From NCBI GenBank assembly GCA_050258935.1, contig JBLMZS010000014.1, positions 737-64,736 on the forward strand: DNA of 64,000 nucleotides, given 5' to 3'. The notes beneath the pieces are model-generated. The model searched no databases and was not told where the DNA came from. It worked only from the letters and a program-made list of their open reading frames with translations. A program made the translations under genes and the position numbers. Source of the stretch: Bacteroidota bacterium. Its GTDB lineage: Bacteria > Bacteroidota > Ignavibacteria > Ignavibacteriales > SURF-24. Numbering within the stretch: the stretch's first letter is position 1; the number at the start of each line of letters is the position of its first letter. Positions 56,621 through 64,000 of the stretch are shown piece after piece.

Positions 56621-57844
56621 TCATTCAGAAACATTATTGTAAAACCTTTTGATAACACCCTTGCGGTCAAACTCTTCAAGAACTCTTTTTCTGCCGTTTT
56701 TTCCCAACAGGTTTTCCGAATTATACTGTGCACAGAACTGCTGAATCTTCTCTGCAAGCATTATGGGATTTTCAGGCTCAATAAAATAACCGCATTCTGA
56801 TTCTTCGAGTATTCTTCTGGCTTCCCCGTCAACACAGAGAAGTACAGGTATCTCAGCAGCCATACTTTCGTATAACTTGGAAGGGATCGTAATTGTAAAC
56901 AGCTCATTTTTTACAAGCGGAATCACCATAGCGTCAAAAAGAGAGATATATCTGACCACATCATGACGTGAAACCGGAGGCAGTAACAAGACATTTGACA
57001 GATTATGTTTCTGTATTTCATCCTCAAGAAGTCCCCTATCAACCCCGTCCCCAATTATCATATAAAGAATGGCCGGGTTAACCAAAGTAAGTTTTGCAGC
57101 ATCAGTGACAATCTTAAGTCCCTGTGCACCTCCGATATTGCCGGCATAACCGATTACGGTTTTTCCGTCCAGTCCGAACTTCCCGCAGAGTTCTGAATCC
57201 TTCTGCTTACTTTTCACCACGTCCGAATTTACGAAATTCGGGATGTACAGCATCTTCTTTATATATGGATGAATCCTGGCAAGTTTCTCATGCGTATTTT
57301 TTGTAACCACATTTACGACATCTGCTGTTCTATATATATAACGCTCAAGTTTCTCGGCTAGTGTGATGGCAGTTTTATTTGTTAGAAATCCAAGCTGAAC
57401 TGCCGACTCCGGCCACAGGTCTCCTATATCAAACACGAACTTTTTTGCCCGCAGTTTTCTGAGTATTATACCGGTAATACCCGTAAACAAGGGCGGCGAG
57501 ATCGTTATCAGGTAGTCGATCTTCTTAATTTTCAGTAACGCTACAAGTGTTGCCGAGATTGTAAATGACAGATAGTACATCATACGTTTGATGAAGCTTC
57601 CCCTGTCACTGGCATACACAAAAGTCTCATAAACAGTATAGTTCCCGACAGTATGCTTTTCATACAGTTTAAATCTGGTTTTAGTTTCCTCCTTTTTCAT
57701 GAGGTAAGTAGGGAAAGGAGTAATGACAGTAACATCAACGTCATTCTGAGCGGCCAGCTCTTCCGCGAAGCCGACACTTCTCTGTGAACCACCGCCAATC
57801 TCCGGAGGGAAGTACTGTGTAACCAGGACGAAACTTTTATTCAT
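56621..57844 (-). CDS. Glycosyltransferase family 4 (WbuB-like)
   Basis: 407 aa; the N-terminus VLVTQYFPPEIGGGSQR is typical of WbuB-type GT4 enzymes; GT-B fold with an E..G block. Confidence 0.8.
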   Translation of the reverse strand: MNKSFVLVTQYFPPEIGGGSQRSVGFAEELAAQNDVDVTVITPFPTYLMKKEETKTRFKLYEKHTVGNYTVYETFVYASDRGSFIKRMMYYLSFTISATLVALLKIKKIDYLITISPPLFTGITGIILRKLRAKKFVFDIGDLWPESAVQLGFLTNKTAITLAEKLERYIYRTADVVNVVTKNTHEKLARIHPYIKKMLYIPNFVNSDVVKSKQKDSELCGKFGLDGKTVIGYAGNIGGAQGLKIVTDAAKLTLVNPAILYMIIGDGVDRGLLEDEIQKHNLSNVLLLPPVSRHDVVRYISLFDAMVIPLVKNELFTITIPSKLYESMAAEIPVLLCVDGEARRILEESECGYFIEPENPIMLAEKIQQFCAQYNSENLLGKNGRKRVLEEFDRKGVIKRFYNNVSE

Positions 57845-57873
57845 ATTCTTAATGTCTATGTATATTTAGAAAT

Positions 57874-59010
57874 TTACTTGGATTCATTCTGTATTATGAG
57901 ATCTGAAACGGATCCGGTTATCGATTGCCAGGAAAGACATGCAACCGCTTCTTTTCTAGCGCTGACTTTACCAGAATTGTCTTCAGCAATTGCAGTTCTG
58001 ATCATGTGTATGAACTCCTGCTTATCCGCAGCGACATATACATATTCTTCAAATTTCCGGACTTCAGGCAGGTCAGTTGATATTACTGGAATTCCCATCG
58101 CCAGATATTCACGCAGCTTCAAGGGATTTGATGCTAATGTCAGATTGTTCAATTGAAATGGAATAATTCCTGCATCAAAATTAGATGCATGCTCCATTAG
58201 TTTGTTATACGGGACTTCGCCCAAATAACAAATATTCGGGATGGAAGATATAAAGGATAGATCCATTTCATTTTTGCCTATTAGCACAAAATCATATTCG
58301 GGACATTTTCTGGCAGCCAATGCAATCAGTTCAAGATCGACCCACGGGTCGGCAATTAGTCCGAAATAACCGATCACTTTTCTTTTATTTACTTTGACTA
58401 CCTTTCCTGGACTTCCGAAGTAGTCAATATCCACACCTTGAGGAATAAAATACGATTTCCCTTTTCCTGTAACTTTTATCCTTACAAGATCATCAGAAAC
58501 AGCAAAGCATGTATCGGCCATTTGTAGAAGATCTTTTTCGAGATCAATCAGGCACTTAAAAGCGCCTTTAAAACTCGAATAATCATCCAGGCATATATAG
58601 TTCAGCGAACTTTTAGGTATACTCTTAACTGCCTGTGCAACAATTGGAGAAGAAGTAATGATTATTGGATTTGTAAATCCAAGCTGAGATGCTTTTTCAG
58701 TAATTGCTCTGGATATAGACCTGGAATTAAAGTTCCTTGCAACAGAAAAATTATGCATTGGAATTATAAACGGATTTACCTGAAATACTGGTAATTCCTG
58801 ATGTTCATTTTTTTTACCAGAGAAAACACCAATCACTTTTTCAACAACCCGCCTTACATCTCTGAAAGAAAACTCCGGTTTCCTAAGTCCAAGAGACCCG
58901 ACCCAAATAATCCGGTTATATTGAGCCAATACACTTCCAATATGCTGGATTGTTGACGGGTAGCGCCCCCAGTCATCGCCGAAAATAATTATATCGCGGC
59001 CAGTTATCAT
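57874..59010 (-). CDS. Glycosyltransferase, GT-B fold (GT1/GT4, TuaH-like)
   Basis: 378 aa; N-terminal IIIFGDDWGRYPSTIQHI resembles the TuaH-like DW...RPQH block. The C-terminal half has LREYLAMGIPVIST. Confidence 0.65.
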   Translation of the reverse strand: MITGRDIIIFGDDWGRYPSTIQHIGSVLAQYNRIIWVGSLGLRKPEFSFRDVRRVVEKVIGVFSGKKNEHQELPVFQVNPFIIPMHNFSVARNFNSRSISRAITEKASQLGFTNPIIITSSPIVAQAVKSIPKSSLNYICLDDYSSFKGAFKCLIDLEKDLLQMADTCFAVSDDLVRIKVTGKGKSYFIPQGVDIDYFGSPGKVVKVNKRKVIGYFGLIADPWVDLELIALAARKCPEYDFVLIGKNEMDLSFISSIPNICYLGEVPYNKLMEHASNFDAGIIPFQLNNLTLASNPLKLREYLAMGIPVISTDLPEVRKFEEYVYVAADKQEFIHMIRTAIAEDNSGKVSARKEAVACLSWQSITGSVSDLIIQNESK

Positions 59011-59071
59011 TCGATACTTTCTGTAATTTTAATCTTAAATGTACTAAATTTTTCTCAATTACAGCAGTATT

Positions 59072-60208
59072 CTATTTTAAGGAACGGTGAAGAATTTTCA
59101 CTATTTTTTCGGATGCTCTTCCATCGCCGAAAGGATTTCTCGAGGTAAAATAATCAAAATTCTGGCTCAGATTCCTATTTATCAAATTATAAATGTTTTT
59201 TATTTTCCTATCATTGCTGCCGGTCAGGAAAGCATATCCAGCTTTAATAGCTTCATTCCTTTCAGTAACATCGCGCATAACTATAACCGGTTTCCCGAAA
59301 ACATAACATTCTTCCTGAACTCCTCCGGAATCGCTCATAATGAAATAACATTTACTCATCAGGTATATAAAACTAAGATAATCCTGAGGTGGAATGAGAA
59401 ATATATTCTCTGAGTCACTTAGAACTTCTTTGACGGGATTCTGTACGTTAGGATTTAGATGGACAGGATAAACAAAATTCATATCCAGATTTTTCCGTGC
59501 AATACTCTTTATAGTATTTAGTACGTTTTTGAATTCTGAACCGAATTTTTCACGTCTATGCATTGTAATAAGCACAAATTTTGAATCAACAATATTTTCA
59601 GACAGTTGGCGACATAAAACTTCCCTTGTCCTTTTCAGATATCCACTTTTGCTAAGCTGTGATTTGACCTGTATTAGTGCATCCACGACTGTATTACCGG
59701 TTACAAAAATTTGTTTGGATTTTATTCCTTCCGACAATAAATTTTTGCGAGCATCTTCAGTAGGAGCAAAATGGTAGTCTGTAATTACAGAAATAAACCG
59801 CCGGTTTGCTTCTTCAGGATAAGGGCTTAGTACATTATAGCTTCTCAGACCAGCTTCAATATGTCCAATTTTAACTTTCGAATAGAAAGCAGACAATGCA
59901 GATACAAAAGCTGTGGAAGTATCGCCCTGAACAAGTAAAACATCCGGTTTTTGTTCTTGAAGTACATGTTTTAGTCTAGATGCAGTATTTACGGTAATAT
60001 CATACAAATCCTGATTTGATTTCATAAGATCAAGGTCATAGTCGATTTTCAGCTTAAAAATCTCCAGCACCTGATTAAGCATTTCACGATGCTGACCAGT
60101 AGAGCAGACAATAGTTTTTAATGTTTTGTCGGATTTCAAAGCTTTAATCACCGGAGCCATTTTAATAGCTTCCGGTCGTGTACCAAACAGGACCATTATT
60201 TTTTTCAT
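59072..60208 (-). CDS. wecB: UDP-N-acetylglucosamine 2-epimerase (non-hydrolysing)
   Basis: 378 aa; contains MVLFGTRPEAIKMAPV, VQGDTSTAF, HIEAGLRS and SDSGGVQEE. Confidence 0.92.
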   Translation of the reverse strand: MKKIMVLFGTRPEAIKMAPVIKALKSDKTLKTIVCSTGQHREMLNQVLEIFKLKIDYDLDLMKSNQDLYDITVNTASRLKHVLQEQKPDVLLVQGDTSTAFVSALSAFYSKVKIGHIEAGLRSYNVLSPYPEEANRRFISVITDYHFAPTEDARKNLLSEGIKSKQIFVTGNTVVDALIQVKSQLSKSGYLKRTREVLCRQLSENIVDSKFVLITMHRREKFGSEFKNVLNTIKSIARKNLDMNFVYPVHLNPNVQNPVKEVLSDSENIFLIPPQDYLSFIYLMSKCYFIMSDSGGVQEECYVFGKPVIVMRDVTERNEAIKAGYAFLTGSNDRKIKNIYNLINRNLSQNFDYFTSRNPFGDGRASEKIVKILHRSLK

Positions 60209-60216
60209 ACATACTC

Positions 60217-61167
60217 TTAGTATTTATCTGTAAAGATATTTTTGGGATAATTTACCAATTGGCGAATATAAAAGAACGATTTGAGTATCTGAGCTCTTCT
60301 CAACAATAATATACCGCCAGTCAGGTAAATCGGTATGCGCATCAGTAGTCCGGTATAATGGAATATTATTGCAAATACAAACTTCAGTCCCACAAAATGT
60401 TTCTGATAAAATTGTATTTTAGCTCTGCCCTGATTTTTGTAGACGAACCAAGGCATCTCACCGGATGATATCCCTCCCAGATGAATTATCGAAGTACATG
60501 GGTAGTATAGAACTCTGCCTCCTAATTTTTTAAGCCTATAGCACAGGTCGGTCTCTTCCCAATAAAAGAAGAATCTCTCATCAAATCCGCCAAGTTTTCT
60601 TATGGTCTGAAGCGGCGCAAAAATAAAAGCGCCTTTTACTACTTCGACTTCAGCAGGTTCGCTGATTTGAATATGATTATAATAGAACTTATTAAATGTG
60701 CGGGAGCGCGGGAAAAGTTTATACAGGAAAAAGTTTTCTGTAAAACAATTCCATAAAGTATCGTATTCAAACATTGAGATCTGATGACTTCCATCAGCAT
60801 TCAAGAGTTTACATCCGATAAAATAATCCCCCTTTCGCCCAGTTAAACGGACATAGTCATTAAGAATCATTCCTATTGAATTTTCGGTAAACAGTGTATC
60901 ATTATTTAAGAAAAGTATATACTCTCCTTGTGCAATCGCGATTCCCTGATTATTGGCTGCAGCGAACCCGCGGTTTGAATCATTTTTTATAAGCCTGACG
61001 CAATCATACTTATTAGTAATGGTATGTACATCACCTTCCGCAGAATTATTATCAATAACAATAATTTCGTATGAAAACCCCGACGAATATTCAACGATTG
61101 ATTTTAAACATCTGTCAAGTATGTCAAAAATATTGTAGCTGACAATAATTACAGATACATCTACCAT
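60217..61167 (-). CDS. Glycosyltransferase family 2
   Basis: Contains VSVIIVSYN, IVIDNNSAEGD, NNDT and a WEETDLCYR block. ATG 61167 is preferred; the track start 61206 is a TTG that would overlap the methyltransferase gene by 22 nt. Confidence 0.85.
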   Translation of the reverse strand: MVDVSVIIVSYNIFDILDRCLKSIVEYSSGFSYEIIVIDNNSAEGDVHTITNKYDCVRLIKNDSNRGFAAANNQGIAIAQGEYILFLNNDTLFTENSIGMILNDYVRLTGRKGDYFIGCKLLNADGSHQISMFEYDTLWNCFTENFFLYKLFPRSRTFNKFYYNHIQISEPAEVEVVKGAFIFAPLQTIRKLGGFDERFFFYWEETDLCYRLKKLGGRVLYYPCTSIIHLGGISSGEMPWFVYKNQGRAKIQFYQKHFVGLKFVFAIIFHYTGLLMRIPIYLTGGILLLRRAQILKSFFYIRQLVNYPKNIFTDKY

Positions 61168-61184
61168 ATTCTTTGCAGCACGAT

Positions 61185-62165
61185 CTATTTTTTCAAAACT
61201 GCACAAATAACGCCTCTTTGATCGGGGATTCTACCGGACAGGGATTTCATCTTTGCATATAGTAACCTGAAGACATGAAGAAATCCGGTATTGAATAAAA
61301 ACTCTCGGAATTTTGTCAGGCCCTTTCCGGTATCTTTCAGTATATCTCCGTTTTCACTTATCATACTTCCAGGATTCAGGGAAAGATCTTTTCCGTAAAC
61401 AATGGGATAATAATTTTTGTTGAAATCCGAAAAGTCAAAAATATCAATTTTCATTTCAACTCTTTCCGCAATTTTCCTCAACGAATTGTTCGACAGCCAC
61501 CAGAAATGAACCGGAGGAGCATCAGTCTGCCACTTAAATGACTTTGGATAAAAATCTTTATTTGGTGTTGTAAGGATTATTTCACCATTGTCTTTCAACA
61601 GTTTTTTTACGGTATTCAGGAATCCGGGAATATCCTGCACATGTTCGACTAGTTCAGTCATAATAATGACATCATATTTTTCATCAGAATCTTTAACATA
61701 TTCAAAAAGGTCGCGGCAAATATAATGATCTCCGAACTTCTTTCTTGCATTCGCAACAGCAACATCTGAAATATCCATTCCTTTAATATCATAGCCTCGT
61801 TTTGCCAAAGCATATGTAACATATCCCAGCCCGCTTCCTATTTCAAGTATTGAGCAACCATTCTTTCCCTTCTTTTCAAAATAATGCTTTATAAAGTAAT
61901 ATACATCTTCCCACCTCGCCAGATAACTCAGTGGATCTCTGGAGTTAACCACATTATTGGCAAACATCATATATCTTGAATATCCAGGAATTCTTTCCTT
62001 ATTTTCATAGATGAAATCGTACAAAGCTACATCTGAGTTCATGGGGTCACAGAAAGATGTGTCGCACGCTGAGCAATGATATATATCAAAAAATGCTCCT
62101 GCTTTATATCCGGGATATTTTTCCAATTCTTTTTCTGCCTTCAATCCGCATAGTGGACAATTCAT
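61185..62165 (-). CDS. Class I SAM-dependent methyltransferase with N-terminal Cys4 zinc-ribbon
   Basis: 326 aa; MNCPLCG...CSACDTSFC is followed by ILEIGSGLGYVT (SAM motif I) and DVIIMTELVEH. Confidence 0.82.
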   Translation of the reverse strand: MNCPLCGLKAEKELEKYPGYKAGAFFDIYHCSACDTSFCDPMNSDVALYDFIYENKERIPGYSRYMMFANNVVNSRDPLSYLARWEDVYYFIKHYFEKKGKNGCSILEIGSGLGYVTYALAKRGYDIKGMDISDVAVANARKKFGDHYICRDLFEYVKDSDEKYDVIIMTELVEHVQDIPGFLNTVKKLLKDNGEIILTTPNKDFYPKSFKWQTDAPPVHFWWLSNNSLRKIAERVEMKIDIFDFSDFNKNYYPIVYGKDLSLNPGSMISENGDILKDTGKGLTKFREFLFNTGFLHVFRLLYAKMKSLSGRIPDQRGVICAVLKK

Positions 62166-62189
62166 TTCCTACCTGTAAAGTTTTATTTT

Positions 62190-63692
62190 TTAAATACTAG
62201 CTTTAGTAAATTTTTCCAATAGGGATCTGAAAAACCTCATTTCACCTTCGGAGAACCTCTTCCATATAATGCAAAAAGATACAGTCACACATAAACAATA
62301 TAATAACATCTTTGCAATCAATGACTGCATAACCAGTGATAATGCAAATGATATGACAGTCAGATAAAGCAATTTATCGCGACCATTAAACTTCAAATTC
62401 AGAATCGAAAAGCTTTTCCAAAACAATAAAACAGTATCAATCATAATCCTAATGACCCAGGCTACTGCAGCACCTACTATGCCCCATTTTATCGTAAGAT
62501 AATACAAAAGGACCAGATAAACTGGTAATTCCATAATCCTGACTAATGTAGTAAACTGAGGAACTCCTACACTATTTAAAAACTCCGCCGGAACATTGTC
62601 GATTCCATAGATAAAAGCACCTACTGAAAGCACTTGCAGCACCACAAAACTTCTGGATGCAAAATCGCTTCCCAGCCACAAAGTCAATGCCTCCCTGGCA
62701 AAAAACACACAAAAAAGCGCAAGGGGAAAAAGAAAAATATACACATATTTTATTCCCTGAAAGAACAGGTCATGTGTACGCTTTCTATCCGTCATATATA
62801 CGCTTGAGAATGCAGGAAATAATACAGTAACAATCGCCGCAGGAATCATCCAGAACTTTACCACAAGTTCGAGAGAAGTTGTATAGTAAGCTACTACAGA
62901 AATAGTCAGCAGCCCACTAATTATATACCTGTCGAAACTGACCAATAAGGGACTTACGACATTCGTGATGGTAAGCCATCCTCCAAACTTCAGTAAAGGT
63001 TTCAGACTTGCAACATTAAAGGAACTTCTTACTTTCAAGATATTAACATATTTGTTGCTGAATATAAAATACATCAGCCATGTAATTATTCGCAGCACAA
63101 CCAGAAACACAACCACTGAAAACAAATCATTGGTAAATGGAAGGAGAGCCAGTGGACCAAGATAGAACAATGCTCCCATTGGTATTCTGACAATATTTAC
63201 CAGATTAAAACAATGGAACCCTTCAAGAACCCCTCTGAAACCAACACTACTGATAACAAAAGGCATCGAGAAGGATAATATGTATATAGACCTTAATCCT
63301 TCGGATTTCAGATTACCACGTACCTTAAGCAAATCTATGACTGTATCAGCTGTAAAATAGAGAAGACTCCCGGCAAAAATTCCAAGAATTCCAAGCAATA
63401 CAGAAGCATTAAAAATAATTGAAGAAAGCTCGCCGTCATCCTTTAATGCTTTCCTATCGGCAACTATCTTTGTTAATGCTTTCCCTATTCCAAAATCGAA
63501 GATACCGAAGTAGCCAATAGCTACCCATATAAGAGTAAGCAATCCAAAACGGTCGGTCCCGATTCCTTTTATCAGAAATGGAACCGAAATCAATGCGGCT
63601 ACAGCCGGAGAGATTATGCCAATAAAATTCCATATAGTATTCTTTGCAAGGTTTGACCCCTGTATTGTATTTAATCTGTCACTATCCATCAT
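62190..63692 (-). CDS. wzx: MOP-superfamily O-unit/polysaccharide flippase (Wzx-like)
   Basis: About 500 aa and polytopic; LAKNTIWNFIGIISPAVAALISVPFLIKGIG is typical of Wzx N-termini. The track ORF begins at a TTG (63770); ATG-ATG at 63692/63689 is more plausible but the start is uncertain. Confidence 0.78.
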   Translation of the reverse strand: MMDSDRLNTIQGSNLAKNTIWNFIGIISPAVAALISVPFLIKGIGTDRFGLLTLIWVAIGYFGIFDFGIGKALTKIVADRKALKDDGELSSIIFNASVLLGILGIFAGSLLYFTADTVIDLLKVRGNLKSEGLRSIYILSFSMPFVISSVGFRGVLEGFHCFNLVNIVRIPMGALFYLGPLALLPFTNDLFSVVVFLVVLRIITWLMYFIFSNKYVNILKVRSSFNVASLKPLLKFGGWLTITNVVSPLLVSFDRYIISGLLTISVVAYYTTSLELVVKFWMIPAAIVTVLFPAFSSVYMTDRKRTHDLFFQGIKYVYIFLFPLALFCVFFAREALTLWLGSDFASRSFVVLQVLSVGAFIYGIDNVPAEFLNSVGVPQFTTLVRIMELPVYLVLLYYLTIKWGIVGAAVAWVIRIMIDTVLLFWKSFSILNLKFNGRDKLLYLTVISFALSLVMQSLIAKMLLYCLCVTVSFCIIWKRFSEGEMRFFRSLLEKFTKASI

Positions 63693-63799
63693 TAAAAGGT
63701 AATTGATCCCGTCTCGATGCTGTTCGGTCTTATATGCATTAATTTCGCACAGATGCTTCAAACTGAACAATGATTATAAAGAATATTATAGCGAACATA

Positions 63800-64000
63800 T
63801 TATCGCGGTTGATCCGGCAATACTTTTGCACCGTCTTGACTTCTTTTTTTGTAAGAAATATATTTTTCTATTAGTGGTAATAAAAGTAACAATGCTGCAA
63901 GAGAGATAAACCACATTCCATATCTGGTAACCATCACAAGGAAAGAGAAAAATACAATCAGATATACATGTGCCAGCAAAACAAGATCCAGTAGTTTCCC
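63800..64000 (-). CDS. C-terminal 66 codons of a membrane protein (5' part beyond the window)
   Basis: Hand translation of the minus strand gives GKLLDLVLLAHVYLIVFFSFLVMVTRYGMWFISLAALLLLLPLIEKYISYKKRSQDGAKVLPDQPR, then TAA (63800-63802). This shows two hydrophobic helices; the family is not assignable. Confidence 0.5.
   Translation of the reverse strand, partial: GKLLDLVLLAHVYLIVFFSFLVMVTRYGMWFISLAALLLLLPLIEKYISYKKRSQDGAKVLPDQPR

Overview
About 64 kb of chromosome from a Gram-negative FCB-group bacterium, probably Ignavibacteria- or Bacteroidota-like. The evidence for this placement is type-A T9SS C-terminal sorting domains, a PorV-like barrel, a GWxTD protein, TAnnTTTG promoter boxes and roughly 45% GC (hand-sampled lines only). 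No rRNA, tRNA or CRISPR was seen, and nearly all genes are on the minus strand.

Gene content from left to right:
- A partial IS4/Tn5-like transposase carrying an in-frame 18-bp tandem repeat.
- ygfZ-like gene, lipoproteins, an M20 dipeptidase, lptF/lptG-type permeases, DUF3467 and a TPR protein.
- add, hutU, a SerA-like dehydrogenase, an MqnA-like protein and manA.
- The ffh-rpsP-KH-rimM-trmD-rplS operon.
- An atpZ-atpI-atpBEFHAG operon with no atpD/atpC.
- tsaC, a GT9 heptosyltransferase, an LpxL-type acyltransferase and a GWxTD protein.
- An operon of a TonB-dependent receptor, an 1168-aa T9SS cargo and a PorV-like barrel, followed by a BNR-repeat T9SS cargo.
- trxA, an acyl-CoA dehydrogenase, a FabL-like reductase, dnaE and dut.
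- A roughly 16-kb polysaccharide locus with two MOP flippases, several glycosyltransferases, wecB, a DegT aminotransferase, a WbaP-like initiating transferase and a methyltransferase. The housekeeping genes nadC, a thioesterase and accA are embedded in it.

No defence, toxin or CRISPR-type system is visible. The observations most worth follow-up:
1. A dispersed intergenic family of GAGTTNT heptad arrays that form heptad-periodic hairpins.
2. The receptor / T9SS cargo / PorV-like operon.
3. A GT2 fused to a WbaP-like domain that has lost its catalytic core.
4. The (SNDQPD)n repeat inside the transposase.

All functional calls rest on motif recognition by eye. No database search was run.
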